Shown here one piece after another: positions 1-13,149 of a stretch of 64,000 bases of DNA. Numbering within the stretch: the stretch's first letter is position 1; every line of letters starts with the position of its first letter. The position numbers and the translations under genes are program-made. The stretch is from Eledone cirrhosa (lineage: Eukaryota). Under the pieces are notes generated by a model. That model saw nothing but the letters and a program-made list of their open reading frames with translations. It was not told the origin of the DNA and did no database searches. The stretch spans positions 323,640,001 through 323,704,000 of the forward strand of contig OZ024742.1 of NCBI GenBank assembly GCA_964016885.1, in the 5' to 3' direction.

Positions 1-3000
1 CTCTTGGTTGGCTGTTAGTGTGCTATAGCTCTTGGTTGGCTGATAGTGTGCTATAGTTCTTGGTTGGCTGTTAGTGTGCTATAGCTCTTGGTTGGCTGTT
101 AGTGTGCTATAGCTCTTGGTTGGCTGATAGTGTGCTATAGTTCTTGGTTGGCTGTTAGTGTTCTATAGCTCTTGGTTGGCTGTTAGTGTGCTATAGCTCT
201 TGGTTGGCCGATAGCGTGCTATAGCTCTTGGTTGGCTGTTAGCGTGCTATAGCTCTTGGTTGGCTGATAGTGTGCTATAGCTCTTGGTTGGCTGTTAGTG
301 TGCTATAGCTCTTGGTTGGCTGTTAGTGTGCTATAGCTCTTGGTTGGCTGTTAGTGTGCTATAGCTCTTGGTTGGCTGTTAGTGTGCTATAGCTCTTGGT
401 TGGCTGATAGTGTGCTATAGCTCTTGGTTGGCTGTTAGTGTGCTATAGCTCTTGGTTGGCTGTTAGTGTGCTATAGCTCTTGGTTGGCTGTTAGTGTGCT
501 ATAGCTCTTGGTTGGCTGTTAGTGTGCTATAGCTCTTGGTTGGCTGTTAGTGTGCTATAGTTCTTGGTTGGCTGTTAGTGTGCTATAGCTCTTGGTTGGC
601 TGTTAGTGTGCTATAGTTCTTGGTTGGCTGTTAGTGTGCTATATCTCTTGGTTGGCTGATAGTGTGCTATAGCTCTTGGTTCGCTGTTAGTGTGCTATAG
701 CTCTTGGTTGGCTGTTAGTGTGCTATAGCTCTTGGTTGGCTGTTAGTGTGCTATAGCTCTTGGTTGGCTGTTAGTGTGCTATAGGTCTTGGTTGGCTGTT
801 AGTGTGCTATATCTCTTGGTTGGCTGATAGTGTGCTATAGCTCTTGGTTGGCTGTTAGTGTGCTATAGCTCTTGGTTGGCTGTTAGTGTGCTATAGCTCT
901 TGGTTGGCTGTTAGTGTGCTATAGCTCTTGGTTCGCTGTTAGTGTGCTATAGCTCTTGGTTGGCTGATAGTGTGCTATAGCTCTTGGTTGGCTGTTAGTG
1001 TGCTATAGCTCTTGGTTGGCTGTTAGTGTGCTATAGCTCTTGGTTGGCTGTTAGTGTGCTATAGTTCTTGGTTGGCTGTTAGTGTGCTATAGCTCTTGGT
1101 TGGCTGATAGTGTGCTATAGCTCTTGGTTGGCTGTTAGTGTGCTATAGTTCTTGGTTGGCTGTTAGTGTGCTATAGCTCTAGGTTGGCTGTTAGTGTGCT
1201 ATAGCTCTTGGTTGGCTGATAGTGTGCTATAGCTCTTGGTTGGCTGTTAGTGTGCTATAGCTCTTGGTTGGCTGTTAGTGTGCTATAGTTCTTGGTTGGG
1301 TGTTAGTGTGCTATAGCTCTTGGTTGGTTGTTAGTGTGCTATAGCTCTTGGTTGGCTGTTAGTGTGCTATAGCTCTTGGTTGGCTATAGTGTGCTATAGC
1401 TCTTGGTTGGCTGTTAGTGTGCTATAGTTCTTGGTTGGGTGTTAGTGTGATATAGCTCTTGGTTGGGTGTTAGTGTGCTATAGCTCTTGGTTGGCTGTTA
1501 GTGTGCTATAGCTGTTAGTGTGCTATAGCTCTTGGTTGGCTGTTAGTGTGCTATAGTTCTTGGTTGGCTGTTAGTGTGCTATAGATCTTGGTTGGCTGAT
1601 AGTGTGCTATAGCTCTTGGTTGGCTGTTAGTGTGCTCTAGCTCTTGGTTGGCTGTTAGTGTGCTATAGCTCTTGGTTGGCTGATAGTGTGCTATAGCTCT
1701 TGGTTGGCTGTTAGTGTGCTATAGCTCTTGGTTGGCTGTTAGTGTGCTATAGTTCTTGGTTGGCTGTTAGTGTGCTATAGCTCTTGGTTGGCTGTTAGTG
1801 TGCTATAGCTCTTGGTTGGCTGTTAGTGTGCTATAGCTCTTGGTTGGCTGATAGTGTGCTATAGCTCTTGGTTGGCTGTTAGTGTGCTATAGCTCTTGGT
1901 TGGCTGATAGTGTGCTATAGCTCTTGGTTGGCTGTTAGTGAGCTATAGCTCTTGGTTGGCTGATAGTGTGCTCTAGCTCTTGGTTGGCTGTTAGTGTGCT
2001 ATAGCTCTTGGTTGGCTGATAGTGTGCTATAGCTCTTGGTTGGCTGTTAGTGTGCTATAGTTCTTGGTTGGCTGATAGTGTGCTATAGCTCTTGGTTGGC
2101 TGTTAGTGTGCTATAGCTCTTGGTTGGCTGATAGTGTGCTATAGTTCTTGGTTGGCTGTTAGTGTGCTATAGCTCTTGGTTGGCTGTTAGTGTGCTATAG
2201 ATCTTGGTTGGCTGATAGTGTGCTATAGTTCTTGGTTGGCTGTTAGTGTTCTATAGCTCTTGGTTGGCTGTTAGTGTGCTATAGCTCTTGGTTGGCCGAT
2301 AGCGTGCTATAGCTCTTGGTTGGCTGTTAGCGTGCTATAGCTCTTGGTTGGCTGATAGTGTGCTATAGCTCTTGGTTGGCTGTTAGTGTGCTATAGCTCT
2401 TGGTTGGCTGTTAGTGTGCTATAGCTCTTGGTTGGCTGTTAGTGTGCTATAGCTCTTGGTTGGCTGTTAGTGTGCTATAGCTCTTGGTTGGCTGATAGTG
2501 TGCTATAGCTCTTGGTTGGCTGTTAGTGTGCTATAGCTCTTGGTTGGCTGTTAGTGTGCTATAGCTCTTGGTTGGCTGTTAGTGTGCTATAGCTCTTGGT
2601 TGGCTGTTAGTGTGCTATAGCTCTTGGTTGGCTGTTAGTGTGCTATAGTTCTTGGTTGGCTGTTAGTGTGCTATAGCTCTTGGTTGGCTGTTAGTGTGCT
2701 ATAGTTCTTGGTTGGCTGTTAGTGTGCTATATCTCTTGGTTGGCTGATAGTGTGCTATAGCTCTTGGTTGGCTGTTAGTGTGCTATAGCTCTTGGTTGGC
2801 TGTTAGTGTGCTATAGCTCTTGGTTGGCTGTTAGTGTGCTATAGCTCTTGGTTGGCTGTTAGTGTGCTATAGGTCTTGGTTGGCTGTTAGTGTGCTATAT
2901 CTCTTGGTTGGCTGATAGTGTGCTATAGCTCTTGGTTAGCTGTTAGTGTGCTATAGCTCTTGGTTGGCTGTTAGTGTGCTATAGCTCTTGGTTGGCTGTT

Positions 3001-4500
3001 AGTGTGCTATAGCTCTTGGTTGGCTGTTAGTGTGCTATAGCTCTTGGTTGGCTGATAGTGTGCTATAGCTCTTGGTTGGCTGTTAGTGTGCTATAGTTAT
3101 TGGTTGGCTGTTAGTGTGCTATAGCTCTTGGTTGGCTGTTAGTGTGCTATAGCTCTTGGTTGGCTGTTAGTGAGCTATAGTTCTTGGTTGGCTGTTAGTG
3201 CGCTATAGCTCTTGGTTGGCTGATAGTGTGCTATAGCTCTTGGTTGGCTGTTAGTGTGCTATAGCTCTTGGTTGGCTGTTAGTGTGCTATAGTTCTTGGT
3301 TGGCTGTTAGTGTGCTATAGCTCTTGGTTGGCTGATAGTGTGCTATAGCTCTTGGTTGGCTGTTAGTGTGCTATAGCTCTTGGTTGGCTGATAGTGTGCT
3401 ATAGCTCTTGGTTGGCTGTTAGTGTGCTATAGCTCTTGGTTGGCTGTTAGTGTGCTATAGCTCTTGGTTGGCTGTTAGTGTGCTATAGCTCTTGGTTGGC
3501 TGTTAGTGTGCTATAGCTCTTGGTTGGCTGTTAGTGTGCTATAGCTCTTGGTTGGCTGTTAGTGTGCTATAGCTCTTGGTTGGCTGTTAGTGTGCTATAG
3601 TTCTTGGTTGGCTGTTAGTGTGCTATAGCTCTTGGTTGGCTGTTAGTGTGCTATAGCTCTTGGTTGGCTGTTAGTGTGCTATAGCTCTTGGTTGGCTGAT
3701 AGTGTGCTATAGCTCTTGGTTGGCTGTTAGTGTGCTATAGTTCTTGGTTGAGTGTTAGTGTGCTATAGCTCTTGGTTGGCTGTTAGTGTGCTATAGCTCT
3801 TGGTTGGCTGTTAGTGTGCTATAGCTCTTGGTTGGCTGTTAGTGTGCTATAGCTCTTGGTTGGCTGTTAGTGTGCTATAGTTCTTGGTTGGCTGTTAGTG
3901 TGCTATAGATCTTGGTTGGCTGATAGTGTGCTATAGCTCTTGGTTGGCTGTTAGTGTGCTATAGCTCTTGGTTGGCTGTTAGTGTGCTATAGCTCTTGGT
4001 TGGCTGATAGTGTGCTATAGCTCTTGGTTGGCTGTTAGTGTGCTATAGCTCTTGGTTGGCTGTTAGTGTGCTATAGTTCTTGGTTGGCTGTTAGTGTGCT
4101 ATAGCTCTTGGTTGGCTGTTAGTGTGCTATAGCTCTTGGTTGGCTGTTAGTGTGCTATAGCTCTTGGTTGGCTGTTAGTGTGCTATAGCTCTTGGTTGGC
4201 TGTTAGTGTGCTATAGCTCTTGGTTGGCTGATAGTGTGCTATAGCTCTTGGTTGGCTGTTAGTGAGCTATAGCTCTTGGTTGGCTGTTACTGTGCTCTAG
4301 CTCTTGGTTGGCTGTTAGTGTGCTATAGCTCTTGGTTGGCTGATAGTGTGCTATAGCTCTTGGTTGGCTGTTAGTGTGCTATAGCTCTTGGTTGGCTGTT
4401 AGTGTGCTATAGCTCTTGGTTGGCTGTAAGTGTGCTATAGCTCTTGGTTGGCTGTTAGTGTGCTATAGCTCTTGGTTGGCTGTTAGTGTGCTATAGCTCT
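1..4500. repeat. 28-bp tandem satellite (CTCTTGGTTGGCTGTTAGTGTGCTATAG)n, about 160 copies, runs off the window start
   Basis: Unit read directly; few variants; GCTATAGC palindrome at each junction; about 2088-bp higher-order duplication of variant units. Confidence 0.98.
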
Positions 4501-4547
4501 GCTTGATCAGAGATGACCAGGATTAACACAACAACCACACTAATATG

Positions 4548-4665
4548 CCCACACTGAAAACACCGGTTCTCGTCCAGTTACCAAAGTTAAGCAACATCGA
4601 GCCTAGTTAGTACTTAGATGGGTGACCACTTGAGAAACCTAGGTGCTGTAAGCATCTTCTTTTTT
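4548..4665 (+). pseudogene. 5S rRNA-derived sequence (pseudogene or SINE3 head) with T-run
   Basis: TGAAAACACCGGTTCTCGTCC..AAGTTAAGCAACATCGAGCCTAGTTAGTACTTAGATGGGTGACC..AGGTGCTGTAAGC matches metazoan 5S including boxes A and C; 5' end diverged; oligo-T at 4660-4665. Confidence 0.85.
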
Positions 4666-4980
4666 GAAGGCACTTAGCTTATTGGTTAGAGTGTCGGGGG
4701 TTACAATCACGAGTTTGTGAGTTCGCTTCTCAGACCGGACTTTGTGTTGTGTTCTTGAGTAAGACACTTTATTTCACATTGCTCCAGTTCACTCAGCCAA
4801 GCTATATTGGCCATTGCCTTTCTCTTGGACAACTCAGTGGTGTGGTAAGAGGAGACTCGTATGCATGGGCGACTGCTGGTCTTCCACAAACAACCTTGCC
4901 TGGATTTGTGCCTTGGAGGGTAACTTTCTAGGTGCAAATCCCATGCTCATTCATGACCAAAAGGGATCTTTACCCTACCA
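4666..4980 (+). mobile_element. tRNA-derived SINE
   Basis: A-box/B-box-like head (TAGCTTATTGGTTAGAG..GAGTTCGCTTC) plus core TTGAGTAAGACACTTTATTTCACATTGCTCCAG shared with other copies in the window. Confidence 0.75.
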
Positions 4981-6894
4981 CTGTCAGAAAAACGTGTGCA
5001 CATGTGATTAGAGCTAATCTGAGAATGCTGGCCCTCACAAAGATGACAAAAGTATACTATGAGAGGAAGGAGACTGTGCTAGAAAAACAGGTGTAAAATG
5101 ATGATGATGTGATATCACAGTTTATTTAATGTCTCTTGAGCTCAGAGACTCATCAGACTTGAGCTTAACCTAGTTTTATGTGACACTAAATGATCAAGAT
5201 TACAAGACTGTCCAACCAGTTTGTCACAAGGTTAACCACCAGCTGCTGTTGCTGTTTTTCATTTTCAGCTGAGTGGACTGGAGTAATGTGAAATGAAGTG
5301 CCTTGTTCAAGGACACAACACACTACCTGGTCTGGGAATTGAACTCACGACCTTACAATCACGAGACTAATACCCTAACCATTATGTGTGTTTTCACAAA
5401 ACAATATGAAAATTGTTGATTTGAATTTTGTAATGGGTAAACAAAAACAGACAAAAAATAATGTAAGAGACAAGGATAAGTTAATTAATCATTTACTTAT
5501 TAACACATAAACTAACTCCAAATTTAATACAATGTCAGCTAGTGTTGTTGATGTCATTGTTGCTGTTGTCTGCTTTGATCAAGTAGACTTATGTCCAAAG
5601 GTATTTCACTTATGACCCACTATTTCCTATGTACACCGAACTTAATGCCACATTATCTAGTGTGCCCTTTTCTAAAATTTTGAGATTTGATTTGAAGTAG
5701 ATTTAGCAACTATTTCTAGCAGGTTCAGAAACTACATTGAAGGCTCCCTCCTTTGCTCAAGGTCATCTAGTTAAATAAGAATGGTGACATTCTCATCAGC
5801 TCTATTGAAATGGGGAAAAGTGGGAAGGGTGGCCATGAAATATCTACATACAATTGAGTTATAATTGCAACACAATCTTTCATCAAGCTACTTGTGAAAC
5901 AAGAGCAACTCAAGTATTTTTATAAGATAGTTTATCACACAAAGACAGAAATATCACAACTAAGGTTTTAAGATACTGCTTTAATGTCATTGTTGTCTTC
6001 ACTCCATTCATTTTGATTAATTTCAAGGCCAGTTTTTGTTAAGGAAGAAATATAGTTCATTGAATCAAATTCACCACATTTCAACAACATCTAAATATAT
6101 GAGAAACCATACACAGCTCAGGCTTACGGCACAGCCACTCCTGTACTTCTTAATGGTGCACCCTTAGATTTACAGGAATATGTTTGTTCCAAAACTTTGC
6201 CATAGAATGTTTTTATTCTGTGCCCACTCAGAATGTTTTGAAGCATGCCCCCTTCCCCAGGCATCAAAGCCTGCCATGGTTGCTGTAAGAATTGATATCA
6301 AAATTTAGAGTCATGAAATAAAATACTGTGACGCAGTCTTTCTTTTGCCTCAGACAACTTCAAAGTTCTTTATATATGATACATATTACCCCAAATCTCT
6401 GCATGTAGCTCTAAGTTCAAAAGAATAAAAAAAATTGTTTATGTGCATCACATATTTAGACCAAGTAAGCTATAGCTGTTCAATGTTGAACAGTGTGATG
6501 CAAGTTAATAAAATGCTCACAATTTTATGGTGTTCTCTTGTTTACATAAAATTTTATGTGTAATTGTAGACTCTACCTGACTGGTAAAGTTAATGTAGTT
6601 GATGTCCAGTTTAAAATTCTTCATGTTGACCTTTAGAGAAAATATGGTCAAGAAAGACATCTTCAATAATGTCTTAAATACAGTATGTCTGAAGAAATGA
6701 TATGGTCATGGTTGAACCATTAGGGCTCATTTAGGGTTAAGGAAGAATATTGTAAGCAAGTCAGTGGGTTGCAATTATGCACCCATTATACATTGTAAAG
6801 TGGTTGAAAGTAGGAAGAGCATTAAGTCAGAAAAATTGCCAAACAAAGGGCTAGGAAAACTCTTCATCTATGCCAAAGACATGGTGACTTCCCT

Positions 6895-7215
6895 AAGATA
6901 GGTGCCAAGCTTACCACCGAGCACAAATGCAAATGTGTTGAGGTCTGCCAAAGTTTACAACAATGAAGGTAAATAATTTTTTAGAATAATCGCAGATGAA
7001 ATGTGAGTCCATCATTATGAGCCAGAATCCAAAAGACAATATGGAGTGGAAACATCCTGATACACACTGCTAGCTGAGCTGCTATGTTTACACTGTAACA
7101 GCAGCCGAAAACTGGCACAATCAATAGTACCAACTATAAGCATGCAGGAGCAGTGTGATAAACCTAAAGTTATGTTATTGTGAAAGTGCGGATAATTTTT
7201 GACTTACCCTCGAGT
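6895..7215 (+). mobile_element. Decayed Tc1/mariner transposase fragment with terminal end
   Basis: Broken translation resembles VP-LT-EHK..VEVCQ and DE-VHHYEPESKRQ..EWKH mariner motifs; TIR-like end ATAATTTTTGACTTACCCTCG near 7192-7213. Confidence 0.6.
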
Positions 7216-7228
7216 ATGTATACATATG

Positions 7229-7261
<33 letters not shown>

Positions 7262-7477
7262 AAGTATTTCCATAGAAAAGGTAAAGGGAAAAAGAGTGCT
7301 CTATGTATTGTACAGAGCTATTTAATTACATATGTAATTAAAAATATATATATATATATACACAAACAGCATATTATTATGGTTGATACTCTATTTTACG
7401 TATTAAGTTCCATTTTTGAAGTTTGTAAAACCGAAACTATATATATATCTTTTCTTCTATATTGCAGACACTGGAAA

Positions 7478-7636
7478 ATGAAATTGAAAAAAATTTGTTG
7501 CATTGGTGCTGGTTATGTTGGGGGTCCAACTTGTAGTGTTATTGCCATGAAATGCCCTGATGTTATAGTTACAGTTGTTGACAAAAGTGAACAAAGGATT
7601 GCTCAGTGGAACTCTGATGAACTCCCAATATTTGAA
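7478..7636 (+). CDS. UGDH: UDP-glucose 6-dehydrogenase, coding exon 1
   Basis: [33 protein letters not shown] (Rossmann GxGxxG); acceptor AG at 7466-7467, donor GTAAGG, phase 0. Confidence 0.96.
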
Positions 7637-7679
7637 GTAAGGTTCAGTTGATTTTATCATTGGTTGTATTATGATTTTT

Positions 7680-7840
7680 AAGGCGAAGAATTGGCAGTCA
7701 TTAGAATGTTGGATAGAATGCTTTGCAGTATTCGTTCTGGCTGTCTGCTCTCTGAGTTCAAATCCCACCGTGGTCAACTTTGCCTTTCATCCTTTCAAGG
7801 TTGATAAAAAAAGTACCAGTCTAGTACTGGGATCGATTCT
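7680..7840 (+). mobile_element. tRNA-derived SINE, second family (GAGTTCAAATCCCGCCGAGGT..TTTGCCTTTCATCC..AAGTACCAG)
   Basis: Related copies near 8030-8180(-), 10735-10925(-), 12105-12570, 21690-21800(-), 41190-41345(-), 47790-48150(+), 52050-52220(-), 53220-53390(+). Confidence 0.8.
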
Positions 7841-9671
7841 TTCTCTATATCTCTTTCTCATTTCCTCTCTCTTACTTTCTATCTTTCTCTGGAAGAAAGC
7901 TGCTGTGTTCAGACCTAGAGAGGAGATGGGCTCTGCCAGGCTTAAAATGCCCCAAGAAACGTTGTATGCCTCTACAGCGACTCTATGACTCCATCAGGAG
8001 TTACAGGACCATACCATTATGATTTTTAACATAGGCACAAGACCAGCAATTTGGAGAAAGGGGAAAATCGAATATATCAACCCCAGTACTTAACTGGTAC
8101 TTGATTTTGTATCCACCTCTGAAGGATGTATGGCAAAACTGACAATTTTGTCCGATACTCTACCGATATCTACTAATCCACCGACAGTATTGGTTTTATT
8201 ATTATATAATTATTATTGCTATTATGCAAGTTATTATTTACAAAATATTGTTCGGTGGGAAGTTATTTTATATGTTGCATTCAATTTACCATGTTGGTAT
8301 GTGTTGGATTGATTTGTAAATTCAGAAATGTTCATATAATATTAGAGCTGTTCAAAGGCCACCTCTCTCTCAGTAAGCAACATGTAGCTTGTCCATCCTC
8401 AGCTGTTCTCCCCCCACTCTCATGTGGCTGATGATATCACAACATCACTCACCATGATTAAGGTTATCTCTGTCACATCGCTTTCCTGGCAGGACAGCTC
8501 TTTCTCTCCCTCCCTCGCTCTCTCTCTTCTCTTTCATCTAGACCACCTAACATTTGCAGACCATCTAATTTTCAGCCACCTCCCTTTTCAAACAACACAT
8601 ATCTCCCCCCACCCCAAGCCCCATGCTCTCATCATCCCCACTCCTATCACTGTCTTCCTAGCCTGGCTGAAGATAACCTGAGCGCCTCAGTGTTAATAAG
8701 TGGTAGTGTTGGTCCCACAATAAAATGCATCCAGCCCATCTTGTTAGGTGCTGGCAATGGTGACATGTTAAAATGTACCAGGTGCACACTGTGGAGTGGC
8801 TGGCAGTTGGAAAGGTATCCAACCTTAGAAACCAAACCAAGATGGAATGTATGAATGAGATGCAGTCATCTGACCTCTGGATAGAATTTTGTATGGTCAA
8901 TCTTGGTGTATGCCTCTACTGGCACGTAAATAAACCCCTCGTGTGAATTAATAGTATTCGTTTGGTATTGACGATGGCCTGTCGAAATTGTAGACTTCCC
9001 ACTAGCACACTCGGGGCCTAGGGTAGCTACGTTACTAGAGTACTCGGAAAAATCAATTTCCATTTCTTTCGCTGGACGATACCACTCGAAGCTGGCTGAC
9101 ACGTAGTTAGGAGGTGCTGGCTGGGATTCATAATCGAAGGCTTTAATCTTGACTCTATTATCCCACCCTGATATCTTATCGAGATTAACTTTTTCATATA
9201 AGACTCTCTCTGTCAGTTCATTAAATAAATTTTTTTTATTATTTTCCAATTTTCAATTTATTATTTTTTAATTTAATTTCATCCTATAACTCGTAACATA
9301 AGTTTAACGTTCCAATTTTCTGTTCACACATTAGACCATACAGACACCCATTATATATGCCTTTGTTAAAATATAGATTCTTTAGAATAACATTTTTCGC
9401 GGCATTTTCTAGCTTGACTGTAGTGTGACCCTTACGCTGACTTCTTTCTTTTTTCTTCCTTTCTTTCTTTCTTCCCCTTTTTTATTCTTTGACGGAGAGG
9501 TGGTAGTACATTATAAGCCTTCGCTCCCTCACCAGATGGTCATTAGCAGAACGAGTAGCCATCACTTTGAGGGCGACTGGCCGAGGTGAAGACAGCTAGT
9601 TGGTCAGTCGTCCTCTTTGTCTCTGATTTTTCGGACCCATGGTTTTTACATATTCCTTTGTTTTATTTCGA

Positions 9672-9729
9672 ATACCTGATGAAATCACCGGATTCATATG
9701 GAATCCAGTCATTGAAATGATCATAGTAT
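9672..9729 (+). ncRNA. Type I hammerhead ribozyme motif (Penelope-like)
   Basis: ATAC-CTGATGA-stem II(AAT..GGATTC/GAATCC..ATT)-GAAA-TGATCA(palindrome)-TA-GTAT, followed directly by AATAAA at 9730. Confidence 0.75.
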
Positions 9730-9780
9730 AATAAACCTTTCAAGGATTTACACCAGTCCAGCCTCCTGTTATTTTTATTG

Positions 9781-9812
<32 letters not shown>

Positions 9813-11187
9813 ATGCATACACACACACATACATGCACACACACCTAAACTAATATAGATCTTCACTCTACTGTATCATTTGCTGTGTTATTTTCCATTT
9901 AATTTTCGCATACATATATAATGTAAAATCTAAACAGAAATAACACAAGAACAGAGGTGCCTGTGAGAAATAAAGCTCTGCATACTCCAGATGCTGTGTG
10001 ACAGCATTCACTATTTTCTCCAAGGGATTCCTGGCTACAAATTGCTTTTAGAAAATGTTACACTTGTAACTAGAAGTGTGAATATAGGGTACTTACTCTG
10101 CATCTCATCAAATGGTCTAAGTATGTATGTGTGTATGTCATCATCATCGTATTTAATGGACTGTCAACTGCATCTTGCTTACACATTTCAGTTTTGGCTT
10201 GGAATCTAAAGCCGGAAGATTGCGTACAACCGTAGTCTTCCATGTATTGTATGCATTTGTGTATAACATGCACACCTTTTTTGACCAGAAAAATGTCTGA
10301 AAAAACCTAGTTTTAGTGTATAACGTTGTTGGAGAAACCAGGAAAATCTGTTTCTGGACGTTCAAGCTAGAGAATATATTAGTAAAACTTTATTCAAACA
10401 TTTTATTACATAGTATTGTATAAGAAAAGGTTTGATCAAAGTCAAAAGGTACTCGGTGTTGGTTGATACTTAATACAGTTTCCTGTCTTCTGCTGGTTGT
10501 TTTCTCGGAAACAGGTCTGAAAAAAAGCTGGAAACATTTAGTTATAGTGTATACACTGTGCACCCCCAAAGCAAACAAGAAAAAAGGGTAAAAAAACTGT
10601 GTAGTATACATAGAAAAATATGGTAGGTGCATTTTATTGTAGCACCAGCACTAAGGATGTTGTCATATCCTTGACACAACTGAAGAGTCCTCTCAACCTA
10701 TGCCAACATGGTAAAAAAATAGACTCAAATCTAATAATTGTTTCTACTTTTGGCACAAGGCCAGCAATTACCCAGTGTATTACTAGTACTTTATTTTATC
10801 GACCCCATAAGAATGAAAGGCAAAGTTAACCTCGGCGGGATTTGAACTCAGAATGGCAAGGGACGTAACTCTATGCGTCAAAGCATGGCGTCCGACCCTC
10901 TACCGATACTGCCAATCCACCGCCCTTTGCCAATACACCTCTAATAATGATGGAATAATTCAATGAGAAAGAACAAAAATAAATAAATATGTAGGAGGTA
11001 GTTCTCATCTTGTCTCACTTATTGTTTTTTTCCCTTCAATGTCTATAGTTAGTTTGGAAATATACAAATATGTTCTTGGCACTTTATTCTTATTTTATTA
11101 GTGTCAAGTGTGTTATAAATTACTTGTCAGATTGGCTAAGAGGTGTAAAATATCTTACTCTACAGGAAAGTTATTAATCAGAGCTAT

Positions 11188-11490
11188 GTGAAGGCTTATG
11201 GCTTAGTGGTTTGGCTGTTTGGCTCATGATCGTAAGGTTGTGATTTTGGTTTCTGGTGGCACATTGAGCAAGTTACTTTATTTCATGTTCCTCCAGTCCA
11301 TTCAGCTGGCAAAAATGAGTTGTAATTGTAATTCAAAGGCTTAGCCATGTCACACACAGTGTCACACTGAATCTCTCTGAGAACTATGTTAAGTGTACAC
11401 ATGTCTGTGGAATGCTCAGCCACTTGCACATAATTTTATGAGTAGGCTGTTCCATTGATCTAATGAACTGGAACAGTTGTGGAAAACAAA
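11188..11490 (+). mobile_element. tRNA-derived SINE (octopus-type, near full length)
   Basis: Head GGCTTATGGCTTAGTGGTT, core TTGAGCAAG..CTCCAGTCCATTCAGCTG, tail GAGAACTATGTTAAG..GCTCAGCCACTTGCAC; reversed decayed copies near 39500-39690 and 41730-41860. Confidence 0.7.
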
Positions 11491-12976
11491 AGAAGTCCAA
11501 TACACACTTAGCTATGAATCTGGACCAGGTGTTGTATTCTACGCTTGAGCAAAATACTTTTTCATATTGCTCCTTCTGCTAGGACTTAGCATGTCTAGTA
11601 GATAGCATTAGCAATGGAAAGATCACCAGAAATATTGTTTCTTTGGTCCAGTCTGGCAATCAGCTCTTTTCCTTTCTTTACAAACCCTGTTTTTCTGTTG
11701 TTTTTTTATGGTGCCCCAGCATGACCAGAACCACAATGATTTTAATTAATAAATAACTGACTTATAAGTAGCCCCTTAGATGTTGTCAGTGCAACTCAGG
11801 CTGTCAGGCACTACTCTAATTATATATTCTAATGTTCTCCACTTTTTATTTTTTATTTTCCCAACCATTATCTGCTAACAATCTAAACAGATTGACATCA
11901 CTATTTTTTCCTGTTTCCTACAAGACCCCAGCTCACTATCCAGCATGTCTGTCAATCTAGCTGTTTTCTTATATCAAGTTCTGAAACTTTTGTCCTCTCT
12001 TTCTTTCTTCTATCCTTTCTCAACTAAGATAGGTTGTCTTTAGTGTCCTCATACTTTTACCTTCAGCATAACAATACTGAATGCATAATATTATAATAAT
12101 TGTTGAAGGGCGGTGGATTGGCAGTATCGGTAGAGGGTCGGACGCCATGCTTTGACGCATAGAGTAATAATAATTGTTTCTACTTTTGGCACAAGGCCAG
12201 CAATTACCCAGTGTATTACTGGTACTTTATTTTATCGACCCTGTAAGGATGAAAGGCAAAGTTAACCTCGGCGGGATTTGAACTCAGAATGGCAAGGGCC
12301 GTAACTCTATGCGTCAAAGCATGGCGTCCGACCCTCTACCGATACTGCCAGGTTTCTTATATAGGCACAAGGCCAGCAATTCTGGGGGATGGGAAAGTCG
12401 ATTAAATCGACCCCAGTGCATGACTGGTACTTTATTTTATCGACCCAGCAAGGATGAAAGGCAAAGCTAACCTTGGCAGGATTTGAACTCAGAACGCAAA
12501 GAGCCACAACTCTATGCTGCAAAGCATGGCGTCCGACGCCCTACCGATACTGCCAATCCACTGCCCTAACTTCACCCACTCTTATTTAACTTTCACAGGT
12601 TTCAAATAAAATACTTTTGGATAACAAATAATGCAATTAGTTGCATGGCAGAGATGAACCAATTATTTTAACACTGAAATAGGATAACTTCTTTTCAGAG
12701 CCTCTAGATACACAGCTTGCTGGAAATCAATTCGTTTTATAAATTAAATGTAAATATTTGGAGAAAAACAAAACAAATAAAACAAAACAAAGCAGGAAAA
12801 GATTAGGTGTTAAACAATGTCTAGATTCAACATTGATATAAGACTAACATTAACACATGTTACACACTGTGGTTTTTATTTGTTAGTCTAAAAAGGAGAT
12901 ATAAACTCCATAGTATGTTCTGGTGATAACTGGATGAAGCTAGTGTAATAAATATTCAATTATTCTGAGACACCAT

Positions 12977-13149
12977 CAGTGCTGGATTTACCATTGTGCG
13001 TAGGTGTGCTTAAGCACAGGGCCCCTGTTAGCCGGGGAGGTGGGGGGACATCTTCCTGCCAAAAACATTTTTTACCTCCTTCAGGGCCCAAGTAAAGGGC
13101 TTCATAACTTAACTAGCACAGGGCCTGAGTTGTCCTAAATCTGGCACGA
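12977..13149. mobile_element. hAT-like MITE
   Basis: TIR CAGTGCTGGATTTA / TAAATCTGGCAC; 8-bp TSD GACACCAT / GGCACCAT (7 of 8). Confidence 0.65.

Noticed and set aside
4548-4665. Functional 5S rRNA gene
   Set aside because: 5' end does not pair with the 3' end, several substitutions, not in a tandem rDNA array
7199-7477. N-terminal extension of UGDH suggested by the ORF track
   Set aside because: Upstream part is TA-repeat intron sequence; acceptor at 7467 and ATG at 7478 match the known UGDH N-terminus
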